From IMG/VR virus record IMGVR_UViG_3300018070_000166, positions 1 through 51,031 of that record: a stretch of 51,031 nucleotides of DNA; one strand, given 5' to 3'. Shown here piece after piece: positions 1 to 8,923 of this stretch; position 1 is the first letter of the stretch; each line of letters begins with the position of its first letter. The position numbers and the translations under genes are program-made. Under the pieces are notes generated by a model that was not told where the DNA came from, did not search any database, and worked only from the letters and a program-made list of their open reading frames with translations. Origin of the DNA: a virus (Duplodnaviria > Caudoviricetes).

Positions 1-40
1 AAATCTATCAGAAGTTATTTTGCCTCAAAGGAGTCTTTCC

Positions 41-955
41 ATGGGATCGAATATGAAACTTGCCGCTGAGAGATTACTTAAGATTGCTAATGATCTTGAG
101 AAAGAAGCTGCGGACAATACATTCTTTGTTTGTGATGGGTGCAATCACACATCATCGTTATTGGATATTAATACAAAACGTAAAATTTCCGGTAAAAAAA
201 ATAATGTTGTACGTGTTGCTAATGTTACCGTTAATGATGCAGTAACATGCGTGGCTTGTGGTGGTAAGATGTCCTATGTACCTACAGACTCAAGTGAAAA
301 ATATTATGTAGAGGCTGAAGATACAGAAGATACCGGTGCTGATATATTTGAACCAGTGGATGATCAGGGAACTGATAAGGTTGATGAGACTTCTGATATA
401 ATCAAACCTGAAACAGATGAACCTCCCATTATTAATGGAACTCTCCCTATGACTGCTGTGAATCCTGAAGAAGATAAGGATGTTTCAGAAACTCCTGAAG
501 AGGGTAAGATTGACGATACCACAGAGATCTCAGATTATGATGGAACTCCTGATGAAGAACAAAAATCTGAAAGTGAAGAGACTCCTGAAAGTGATATAGC
601 CCCGATAGATGGTGAAACTCCTGAAGGTGATGAAACCCCCAGAGATAATGAAACTCCTGAAGGTAATGTAACACCTACTGATGAAGAAACTCCTGAAGAT
701 GATACTGCACCAATAGGTGAAGAGACTCCTGAAAGTGATGCAATACCAACAGACGGTGAAACTCCTGAAGATGGACCAGTTGTAGAAGAGACTGTTCCGG
801 AGGATGGATCTGTAGGAGATGGATATTCTGAAGAAGAAACACCTATAGAGGAAAAAGGCGTAGAAATACCCAAGAGAAATGTTCCTAAATTTGAAAAAAT
901 TCCTAAGGAAGCTCAAGATGCTTTCTGGAGATCAGTTGCAAAGTATTCCGTATAA
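41..955 (+). CDS. Acidic low-complexity protein with N-terminal Zn ribbon, function unknown
   Basis: Track ORF 20..955. ATG at 41 follows AAGGAG (28-33) by 7 nt, so it is the likelier start. Contains CDGC...CVAC cysteine pairs and a D/E/T/P-rich centre. Confidence 0.75.
   Translation: MGSNMKLAAERLLKIANDLEKEAADNTFFVCDGCNHTSSLLDINTKRKISGKKNNVVRVANVTVNDAVTCVACGGKMSYVPTDSSEKYYVEAEDTEDTGADIFEPVDDQGTDKVDETSDIIKPETDEPPIINGTLPMTAVNPEEDKDVSETPEEGKIDDTTEISDYDGTPDEEQKSESEETPESDIAPIDGETPEGDETPRDNETPEGNVTPTDEETPEDDTAPIGEETPESDAIPTDGETPEDGPVVEETVPEDGSVGDGYSEEETPIEEKGVEIPKRNVPKFEKIPKEAQDAFWRSVAKYSV
578..775 (+). repeat. Degenerate 18-bp coding tandem repeat (11 units) with a 36-bp higher-order period
   Basis: GARACTCCTGAA begins at 578, 614, 650, 686, 722 and 758, encoding ETPExx. 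The alternate 6-aa units keep Pro at position 3. Confidence 0.85.
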
Positions 956-984
956 TATCGAATACATTATTTACGTATAATATC
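949..984 (+). promoter_or_regulatory. Tandem CGTATAATATC direct repeat, candidate promoter for the 1002-2707 operon
   Basis: Exact 11-mer at 949-959 and 974-984, each containing TATAAT. No properly spaced -35 hexamer seen. Confidence 0.35.
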
Positions 985-1001
985 TAAATAAAATAAAAAA
1001 T

Positions 1002-1682
1002 ATGTTCTATGTCATTGGAAACTCACCAAAGAAGGTAGAACTTAAAGATCTTAATGATTGCGTATACTACAAGCAGCAGAAGGTTTACACAGATTCTCAG
1101 TATGAAAGTTCTGTTGATTTAAAACGTGCAATCGAACGTAAGATTCTTATAGTTCTAAAGAAGTCAGAAGATACTACAGGATCTTTTGATATCAATACTT
1201 CTATTATACCTTCTGAGACTAAAACTCCAGAACCTGGATCATCTCCGGAAGTAAAAGTATTATTAGAAAAAATACGGGACTTAGAAAGTGTAATAAAAAG
1301 TCAATCCAATCTTTCTTCTCCATCCTCACAGAATAATGATGCCCTGGCTGTTATATTAGATAGACTTGAGAAGTTGGAGAAAAATCCCGCTTCTATTGAT
1401 TTATCGGTTATCCAAGAAGCTTTAAAAAATATAGAATCGAGAATGCAAAGTAACAAGAGCGATGGCTTACTTGAAAAGCTTGAGGGTATCATTAATAGAT
1501 CTGGTGGGAAGTCTGTATCTATACAGGAAGATAATCGTCGGGTAGAAGATGTTTATATTCCTAATATTAGGGTAGAGGATGCTAATTCTCATATAAAATT
1601 AGAAGTACGTACAATTGATTCCGGAGATAGTGTGTCTGATTCTCTTAGAAAACTTAAAGAATTGAAATCTAAATCAACATAA
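1002..1682 (+). CDS. Coiled-coil protein, putative partner of the downstream actin-like protein
   Basis: Repeated short amphipathic helices (LLEKIRDLE, ILDRLEKLE, ALKNIESRM, LLEKLEGII) and basic C-terminal helix SDSLRKLKELKSK. Ends 14 nt before the next gene. Confidence 0.7.
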   Translation: MFYVIGNSPKKVELKDLNDCVYYKQQKVYTDSQYESSVDLKRAIERKILIVLKKSEDTTGSFDINTSIIPSETKTPEPGSSPEVKVLLEKIRDLESVIKSQSNLSSPSSQNNDALAVILDRLEKLEKNPASIDLSVIQEALKNIESRMQSNKSDGLLEKLEGIINRSGGKSVSIQEDNRRVEDVYIPNIRVEDANSHIKLEVRTIDSGDSVSDSLRKLKELKSKST

Positions 1683-1696
1683 TTTAGGAGGTTGAC

Positions 1697-2707
1697 ATGG
1701 CAGTAGGACTTGACATAGGAACATGTTTTTTAGTAAGTGCTACAAAGGATATTAAGAATGAAAATGCATCCGTGGAAATTAAATCTATCCGGGATGCTTT
1801 CTTGGATGTTGAAGCAGATCAATCTATTTTGAATATGCTTAAAATGTCAAATGTTTCTTATGTACAGGAAAAAGATTTTATTTATATAGTAGGGGAACCC
1901 GCACTCAGTATTGCAAATCTTCTTAAGAAAGAAGCCCGGAGACCTCTAAATCAGGGGGTAATATCCTCAGGAGAACATGACGCTGAGAAGATGCTGGTAA
2001 TTCTTTTAAAGAATATCCTCAGTTCTCCTAAAGTTGAGAATGAGTCTGTGTTCTTTTCTGTCCCCGCGAAATCCATTGACAAAGATATGGATATTATTTA
2101 TCATGAAGCAATTTTTAAAAAGATTATAGAATCCTTTGGGTATAAAGCTACAGCGATGAATGAAGCGGCAGCAATTGTGTACGCGAATGCGAGTTCTGAG
2201 GGTTTTACTGCACTGGCAAGTAGTTTTGGTGCAGGAATGGTGAATACTGCTTTGGTTTTTCAGACCATGGTGGGGATGTCTTTTTCCGTTTCACGTAGTG
2301 GTGATTGGGTTGACCAATCAGCAGCAAAAGCTGTAGGTAGCACTGCTACACGTTTAATGTCGATAAAGGAAAAAGGAGTAAATCTTCTTGATCCTAATGA
2401 AGGAGACCCAAAGCAGCTTCGAGAAAGAGAGGCTATTGTTGTATATTATAAGAATCTTATACATTACGTGATAGATAGTATAAAAAGAGAATTCAAGAAG
2501 GATAATGGTAAGATTGAGCTTCCAGACCAGATCCCATGGATCATTAGTGGTGGTACTGCAAAAGCCAAGAATTTCCTTGAATTTTTCAAGCAGGAGTTTG
2601 AGAAAGAACGGAATAGTTTCCCTATTAATATCTCCGAAATTCGTATGGCAGCTGATCCCTTAGCAGATGTAGCAAAAGGGTTATTAATAGCTGCTATGAA
2701 CGACTAA
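1697..2707 (+). CDS. Actin-fold (ASKHA) ATPase, volactin-like
   Basis: Strong RBS AGGAGG. Motifs: phosphate-1 GLDIGT, connect-1 MNEAAA, phosphate-2 SFGAGMVN, SGDWVD, adenosine ISGGT, connect-2 DPLADVAKG. RRPLxxGVIS, FFSVPAxxID and IYHE match my recollection of the haloarchaeal volactin family. Confidence 0.85.
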   Translation: MAVGLDIGTCFLVSATKDIKNENASVEIKSIRDAFLDVEADQSILNMLKMSNVSYVQEKDFIYIVGEPALSIANLLKKEARRPLNQGVISSGEHDAEKMLVILLKNILSSPKVENESVFFSVPAKSIDKDMDIIYHEAIFKKIIESFGYKATAMNEAAAIVYANASSEGFTALASSFGAGMVNTALVFQTMVGMSFSVSRSGDWVDQSAAKAVGSTATRLMSIKEKGVNLLDPNEGDPKQLREREAIVVYYKNLIHYVIDSIKREFKKDNGKIELPDQIPWIISGGTAKAKNFLEFFKQEFEKERNSFPINISEIRMAADPLADVAKGLLIAAMND

Positions 2708-2740
2708 TTTAAAGCTGTTTGCGAAAGAACAGTTTTATGC

Positions 2741-2776
2741 AAGGGGCTGGGAGGATAATTTCTCTCAGCCTTTTTT
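2741..2776 (+). terminator. Intrinsic terminator
   Basis: GGCTGGGAG/CTCTCAGCC stem followed by TTTTTT after the actin-like gene. A second hairpin (AAAGCTGTT/AACAGTTTT, 2711-2736) lies just upstream. Confidence 0.75.
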
Positions 2777-2830
2777 AATAATCGGTTAATAGATTTTTTC
2801 TGTTATCATCTATAACGTAAAAGAGTACTT

Positions 2831-4261
2831 ATGGAAAATAATTTATTAAGAGTCGTCAAATCCCGTATCATGGATGAGCTTACTGGTTCAATTCAGAGGA
2901 ATCAGGTATACAGGGAAAAAGTTCAGGTTTTTCATAAATTCCCATATAAAGAGCGTTTACAGATGGCAATAGTGCTTAAGAATGCTTCATCATCAAGGAT
3001 AAAGCTATCCGCTGATGATCACGCTGGGGTATTGAAAAGTCATGTTATGATGGCTCATGCTGAGAATTTTGAAGGAAAATTTTTAACTTGGGTATGGGAA
3101 GATTTTAATAACTTGACGAGATACCAAGAAAAGGAAGACCTGTCATCACAGATAACTGGGACGGCTTTGTATGGTACTAACCGCTTTTTTAATACATCCA
3201 GAAAGCCTATTCTATCAGGGTATAATAATACAATTGTAGCGGATAACTTTCGGCAGATTTCTGTTCTTTTAGATGGTCAACCTGTTCTTCCAGAATTCTT
3301 AGATGGTGCCAGCGGAGTATTTTCTTTACCTATGGCTCCGGTATTAGGGAGTCAGCTTTTGGTGTCCTATTATTATAGTAACCTAACTCCTCCGGGACGA
3401 TATTACATTGAAATAATTTCTCTTACACAATTTGTGATTGATCCTTTTTATGTTATTAAGGCTGAGAAAGTTATAGATAGGACCATGGGTACCGAGCTCA
3501 CAGCACAGTTATTAAATGGTAATCTATATGGTGATTTTGATATTCTATACACTAAGAAGATGGATGCCAGTACTAAGCTATACCTTGAAAAAAACACAGA
3601 TTATACAATAGATCAGAATGGGCTTATAACCTTTCTACAGCCTCTTGATATAAATACAACCCTGTACGCAAATTACCGCTGGGTGGGCAACACCATGGGT
3701 CCTTTTAGTATCCCGAGTGAATTTCATTATGTGAATGAGGCTCTTCCAGGAGTTATCCTTTCTTTCGGTAATGAGATAACTGTAGGGGATAAGGTAGTCG
3801 TTATAGTATATCCTCAGCGGGAAGCTGCTGCTAATATGAATAGCGGTCATTATAAGATGTCTTTTGAAATTGATGTAGTGGCACGTGATCCTAAGCAGTT
3901 GGCGGATCTTACGGATCATCTAATAGAAGATATATGGGGAAATCGTCGCTTGTTATTAATCGATGAGGGATTGACCATTGAAGAAATGGATGCTACAGGA
4001 GAATCGGAAGAACCTTATGATGAGAATACAGGAGATTTGTATTATCATCATGGTATAAATATTCAGATCATGACGGAATGGAAAAAGTTTATTCCTTTCT
4101 TGACTGAAATTGTTGATTTTGATACTAAGGTTTACAGATATGTTACTAAGAAAGAATATATTGTAACAAATCAGGGTAGGATTCTTGAGTTGATGCTAAA
4201 GCCGAGTAGGACTATTTTTGAGGTATCCTATCCAAAAATTGGGTATCCTAGATACTTTTAA
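2831..4261 (+). CDS. Putative tail completion/terminator protein with inserted beta-sandwich domains
   Basis: Located upstream of the sheath. C-terminal YKMSFEIDVVARDPKQLADLTDHL resembles tail terminator folds. One internal domain is shared with the sheath. Confidence 0.5.
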   Translation: MENNLLRVVKSRIMDELTGSIQRNQVYREKVQVFHKFPYKERLQMAIVLKNASSSRIKLSADDHAGVLKSHVMMAHAENFEGKFLTWVWEDFNNLTRYQEKEDLSSQITGTALYGTNRFFNTSRKPILSGYNNTIVADNFRQISVLLDGQPVLPEFLDGASGVFSLPMAPVLGSQLLVSYYYSNLTPPGRYYIEIISLTQFVIDPFYVIKAEKVIDRTMGTELTAQLLNGNLYGDFDILYTKKMDASTKLYLEKNTDYTIDQNGLITFLQPLDINTTLYANYRWVGNTMGPFSIPSEFHYVNEALPGVILSFGNEITVGDKVVVIVYPQREAAANMNSGHYKMSFEIDVVARDPKQLADLTDHLIEDIWGNRRLLLIDEGLTIEEMDATGESEEPYDENTGDLYYHHGINIQIMTEWKKFIPFLTEIVDFDTKVYRYVTKKEYIVTNQGRILELMLKPSRTIFEVSYPKIGYPRYF

Positions 4262-4298
4262 TATCCATGGTATGTATGATGCACCCCATTAAGTGGTG

Positions 4299-4312
4299 AT
4301 AATCTATTAATA
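4299..4312 (+). promoter_or_regulatory. ATAATCTATTAATA, best copy of a recurring intergenic motif (candidate late promoter)
   Basis: Related copies at 2778-2791, 37395-37408, 50490-50503 and partly at 1-13, each upstream of a gene start. Confidence 0.45.
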
Positions 4313-4357
4313 CGTATTCTACCTATAGATCATATATAACATAAGACAGGAGTATTT

Positions 4358-4837
4358 ATGCCTTTGTATGAATTTAAATGCGCTGGTTGCGGTCATGAGT
4401 TTGAAGAATTGGTGTCCTACAAGAATAGGGATGCTGAGCAATCTTGTAAGAGATGCGGCACTAATTCAGAACGAAAAGTGGCATCATTATTTGGTGTACA
4501 TAGTGACTTGAACCCTAAAACAGATACAATAGTTACTCGTAAAGAAATCGATAAAGTCGTTGGTAAAGTATCTGAAAAAAGATGGGAAGGTTATGATGAG
4601 CGGTGGAAAGGTCGATATGAAGCACGGCAGCAGAAGAGATGGAAGGGTAAGACTCCTGAGCAGGTTAATATCCCCAAAGATGTGGATGGTAAATATAGTC
4701 CAATAATGCACTTGGGAGATAATAAAGAAAGAACGTTGAGAAAAGAATATTCAGAAGCATTACAGGAACATAGGTCTGATAGAGTGAAGAAGGGTATACC
4801 GCAGTTTGAATCATCTGGCGCTATTACAGAGGGTTAA
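4358..4837 (+). CDS. FmdB-family zinc-ribbon protein with C-terminal extension
   Basis: MPLYEFKCAGCGHEFEEL...CKRCG is the FmdB-type CxxC-CxxC signature. RBS GGAG present. Confidence 0.8.
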   Translation: MPLYEFKCAGCGHEFEELVSYKNRDAEQSCKRCGTNSERKVASLFGVHSDLNPKTDTIVTRKEIDKVVGKVSEKRWEGYDERWKGRYEARQQKRWKGKTPEQVNIPKDVDGKYSPIMHLGDNKERTLRKEYSEALQEHRSDRVKKGIPQFESSGAITEG

Positions 4838-4977
4838 AGTGTCTTGGTCCCGGTATCGTAGATAATACTCTTCTAATATACACATTAAATAATATGAACA
4901 AATCTTATATAAAGAATTTTAAAAATACAAATAAGATCAATGAAAAAATATTTACGGTATAAAAAGGAGAACGACAC

Positions 4978-7902
4978 ATGGCAATGGGACCTTTAGAAAG
5001 TTTCGTATTTCCAGGTGTATACGCTAGAACTAACACCGAAGCTGCGGGAGTTACCTCAGCTGGTGATATACGTATACCAGCCTTTGTGGGCGTGTCCGCT
5101 GAAACTGTTCGTATTGGCAATTTTGAGATGGTAAGAGGATCATCAGCTATTTCTGATAATCTTATACTTGACGAAGATGTCAGTCCTCAATTCACGGGTA
5201 CGGAAAATACATTTACGGTTGAAAATTTTCCAATCGTTACGGGTGATGGAAGTGGTAAAGTAGCCACTACTCCTGGGAGTGTTATAGTATCAATCAACGG
5301 GTTTAACGTTGCAGTTAATGCTATAAACGGTCTTACTGGAGAAGTTACTCTTGTTCAGATCCCTATAGTGGGTGATGAAGTGAGAGCTAATTATTACTTC
5401 AAACGTCGTGATACATACATTGAAAATGAGGATATCTCTGTTCAAGTAGATGGTACGACTACCAGTTTCAAAGTAAAAAGTGATCGTATTGTAAAAGGTA
5501 ATAATGGTGGAAGATCTGCTGTTGATACAGATATCAATGGTGTAACCACTATTCTCTATAATCCTGATCCGTTAGTAGTCGGGGATGAGTACGAACGTCA
5601 GGTACGGGTGTTCCAGGTTAAGGTGGATGGCTCGGAAGTGGCTGTTACACATCTTAATGGCTCAGAAGCAATGTTCACTCTTCAGTCAGCTCCTGCTGCT
5701 CTGTCAATTCTGACAGTTACCTATTTCACAAATACTTGGCAGGATACTTATGATATTCTTCCAGCATCATCAGTTGAACAGTTGGTTAAAGTTGGTTTGA
5801 GCCAGGATACTAATGACTTTTCTATTGGTGAAGATTGTGTACTCGCCGGTGCTAATAGAATTCACTGGGGACACTCATTTCATTCTGCTCAGGGGTTATT
5901 TACTGCGGGTTCAGTGCCCCTTATAAATAATACCTCTGTATCACTCGCTGATACCACTGTCTTTGGAAGAGTAGCTTCTCCAGCAAGTCCATACACAGTT
6001 GGTGGTGTTATTCAAGTTAATGCTAATGGTGAGCAAATCAACCTTGCGGGTAATAAGTCCTTTGCACTTCCAACAATGCCAGTTGATGGGTCGGGATTAG
6101 GTGTTTGGACAGAAGATCCTGCTAATATCAAAGTTTATATTGGGACTGACTGGGCAGCTGCATATGCTGCAGGACAGAAGATTGTTACTAAGATTGTCGG
6201 TAATATTATTACTTTGTCGACATCTCCAGATCAGCCTACAGGAGAAATAGTTTTCGTAACATACTTTGAGAATCTTCTTCTCGATGATAAATGGACGATG
6301 ACTAATAAAGTTCCCGGTGGTGCAGGTATTGGAAAGTACATAATCTCGTCAAGAGTCAGTGGTACTGCACTTGAGGTTAAATATATCAGTGGGACGGTTA
6401 CTCCAATATATCCAGGTGCCGGGGCATCTAACTTCCAAGTTGATCCTCTTAAAGGATCAGTAGAACGTGTTATATGTACTTTTGATGGCGCAGGGTCATT
6501 TACAGTTACGTCACTTCTTGGTACAGGTTTTACTCTTCCTGGTAAAACAGGTTCAGTTATTACCTACAATCAGAATATCGGACATTGTGGTAAGACATAC
6601 ATTGATCCTACTACAGGATTCCGGATTACTTTCTCTGGTGTATTTAATCCAGGTGCAGGAACTTTAGTAAGATACGATATTGGTGACCCTACCGTATCAG
6701 ATGCTATTCAAAAAATTTACATTACTGCTGCAGCAAGTAATGTTAGGGTGATACCAGGAGTTAATTTGGCAGTCCCTACTACAAGTGGTGGGGCGGTTGA
6801 TAATACAGATGATACAGTCGTCGTTGACACTTATGTAAAGTCTGGTAATGAACCTGCAGTTGGTGATATGTATTATGTTTCTTTTGATAAGGTTAAGACC
6901 GACTATACAGCGCGGTTTTTGACCAACATGAGAGATGTGACCAGGTACTTTGGTCCTATGGATATTAATAATAAGCTGACTATGGCTGCTAATCTTGCAT
7001 TCTTAAATGGTGCTCAGGCAGTGGCTTTGAAGCAGATTAAACGTGTTGTTAATGGGGCCGATGCTTCTGTTGCGGATTACATCACAGGTATTGATGCTTT
7101 CAATGAACCTCTCCCTAATGGCTTGAGACCTTCATTGATGCAACCATTGACAACTAATGCTGAAGTTATTAGTTATCTCAAGACCTCAAATGCAATTCAA
7201 TCAAGCATTCGGTATAGAAATGAGAGAACAAGTATTTTTGGATTTTCGGTTGGGACAACATCGGATCAAGTTATCCAGATGGTCCAGAATCTTAAAACTG
7301 AAAAACTCACCCCAATTTATCCGGATGGTGCAGTCATAGGGATTGTAGATGCCTACGGGAATGAGGTAGAATACGTTGTTGACGGTTCAATGATCGCTGC
7401 TGCAGTAGCAGGACGTGATGTCTCCCAAGTTTCTGACATAGCAACTCCTTTGACCAATTCTACAATCGTAGGATTCAAGAGATTGTATCGGAGACTGGAC
7501 AGCGTTAATGCAGCTCTGGTTGCCAATGCTGGGTGTACAGTTCTTGAAGAACAAGCCCCTGTCATAAAGATTCTTTTCTATCTGACATCTGATACCTCAA
7601 CAGCTTTAACGAGGGATCCTAGAATCGTAGAAGTTAAGCACTTTGTTCAGCAGGGTATTAGAAGATCTCTTGATAGATTTATAGGTACGAAGAATCTCCC
7701 AAAAATACAATCTCAGGTCAGAGATTCTGTTGGGTCATATTTCAAATCTTTAAAACAGAAAGAGATCATTGTTGATTTTACAGGTATTACTGTGACTCAG
7801 AGTGATCAAGATCCTAGCACTCTTGATGTAGAGGCATATTACAGCCCAGTGTTCCCTTTGAACTGGATTGTGGTGACCTTGAATTTGAGGCAGAGTCTTT
7901 AA
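4978..7902 (+). CDS. Contractile tail sheath protein (974 aa, with large insertions)
   Basis: N-terminal PGVYART...PAFVG, RYFGPM, AAAVAG, and a C-terminal sheath domain ending LDVEAYYSPVFPLNWIVVTLNL. RBS AAGGAG. Confidence 0.9.
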   Translation: MAMGPLESFVFPGVYARTNTEAAGVTSAGDIRIPAFVGVSAETVRIGNFEMVRGSSAISDNLILDEDVSPQFTGTENTFTVENFPIVTGDGSGKVATTPGSVIVSINGFNVAVNAINGLTGEVTLVQIPIVGDEVRANYYFKRRDTYIENEDISVQVDGTTTSFKVKSDRIVKGNNGGRSAVDTDINGVTTILYNPDPLVVGDEYERQVRVFQVKVDGSEVAVTHLNGSEAMFTLQSAPAALSILTVTYFTNTWQDTYDILPASSVEQLVKVGLSQDTNDFSIGEDCVLAGANRIHWGHSFHSAQGLFTAGSVPLINNTSVSLADTTVFGRVASPASPYTVGGVIQVNANGEQINLAGNKSFALPTMPVDGSGLGVWTEDPANIKVYIGTDWAAAYAAGQKIVTKIVGNIITLSTSPDQPTGEIVFVTYFENLLLDDKWTMTNKVPGGAGIGKYIISSRVSGTALEVKYISGTVTPIYPGAGASNFQVDPLKGSVERVICTFDGAGSFTVTSLLGTGFTLPGKTGSVITYNQNIGHCGKTYIDPTTGFRITFSGVFNPGAGTLVRYDIGDPTVSDAIQKIYITAAASNVRVIPGVNLAVPTTSGGAVDNTDDTVVVDTYVKSGNEPAVGDMYYVSFDKVKTDYTARFLTNMRDVTRYFGPMDINNKLTMAANLAFLNGAQAVALKQIKRVVNGADASVADYITGIDAFNEPLPNGLRPSLMQPLTTNAEVISYLKTSNAIQSSIRYRNERTSIFGFSVGTTSDQVIQMVQNLKTEKLTPIYPDGAVIGIVDAYGNEVEYVVDGSMIAAAVAGRDVSQVSDIATPLTNSTIVGFKRLYRRLDSVNAALVANAGCTVLEEQAPVIKILFYLTSDTSTALTRDPRIVEVKHFVQQGIRRSLDRFIGTKNLPKIQSQVRDSVGSYFKSLKQKEIIVDFTGITVTQSDQDPSTLDVEAYYSPVFPLNWIVVTLNLRQSL

Positions 7903-7947
7903 TCAAGAACAACAGCAAATAACAACTATTATAAGGAGATTTATACT

Positions 7948-8901
7948 ATGGATCGTATAGCATTAGCAAAAAGACTGGAGAGCTTATCAAGCGTTTTTGC
8001 CAGTCACACACCATATAATCGTGATCTTAAGGCAATGTCTTATGTCTTGAATAAGATGGCAGATGATAAATTCACCGGTATTCTTTCCGGAGACTTCGGA
8101 TCTGAAGATACTGATGCATGTATGTGTGGTAAGGGTCCAGGGCCTTTACCTGGAATAATCCCAGTGGGAGGCCCGGTGGGTGAACCTATGGATCTTCCTG
8201 GTGCGGATGGTAAATCAAAGATCATTATAATTAAAAAAGAAGGGGAGATGCCCATGTCTGTGGAAGCTTCAGAAAAAACAGCGGGAATGTTCTGGTGCAA
8301 ACAGGCTTCTAAAGCTGTCGTTGATAATTTACTTCGTGATGTTGTAGGTATGAATAAAAGCGTATGCTGTGATACTGGGAGACATCTTGACAAAGAGCAG
8401 ATTCCTGATGGCACACATAAACCCACTTTAGCTCCTACTCTTAAGAAGGAACAAGCTCCTGACATAGAGAAGTCTATTAATTCCGGTATGGTTGAAAAGT
8501 CTCATGGTGCTGTCCAGAAGGAAGCCAGCATTGAAGATATCAAGAAGAGAAAAGAAGAAAAAGCAAAAGCTCAAACTACAAAAGATGTCGAGGATCTAAA
8601 AAAAGCTCAGAAAGCTAAGAAAAGCGAAAAGAAGGCTTCTGATGATGCTGATGAAAAGGTTGAGCAGATAGCTGAAAAGAAAGAAGAAGAAGCCGAGAAA
8701 TTGGTTGAGGAAGCTCAGAGCAATCTTGATAAAGCCAAAGAGAAGTTAGAAGAGGCTCGTAAAGAAGAAGATAAAGCTGAAAAAGAAGAAAAGGATGCTA
8801 CTTCTTCTTCAGTTATCGATGGTATCGAACTCATGGCGTCTATGGATGAAGTTGAGCTGGATGCAGGTGAAGCTGCGAAGCTTAGCAGACTTTTTTCGTA
8901 A
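7948..8901 (+). CDS. Unknown protein with K/E-rich coiled coil, lying between sheath and tube
   Basis: Strong RBS TAAGGAG. Pro/Gly-rich segment, CMC and CCD motifs, charged helical C-terminal half. Confidence 0.75.
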   Translation: MDRIALAKRLESLSSVFASHTPYNRDLKAMSYVLNKMADDKFTGILSGDFGSEDTDACMCGKGPGPLPGIIPVGGPVGEPMDLPGADGKSKIIIIKKEGEMPMSVEASEKTAGMFWCKQASKAVVDNLLRDVVGMNKSVCCDTGRHLDKEQIPDGTHKPTLAPTLKKEQAPDIEKSINSGMVEKSHGAVQKEASIEDIKKRKEEKAKAQTTKDVEDLKKAQKAKKSEKKASDDADEKVEQIAEKKEEEAEKLVEEAQSNLDKAKEKLEEARKEEDKAEKEEKDATSSSVIDGIELMASMDEVELDAGEAAKLSRLFS

Positions 8902-8923
8902 TTAACATAAGGAGAAATAAATT

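Noticed and set aside
578-775. Repeat-spacer-like pattern suggesting a CRISPR array
   Set aside because: The constant part is only about 12 bp, the period is in frame within a CDS, variation is codon-like, and no cas genes are present.
2711-2776. Two tandem hairpins as a small RNA or tRNA fragment
   Set aside because: No cloverleaf or recognisable family motif. A terminator plus a 3'-stabilising hairpin explains them.
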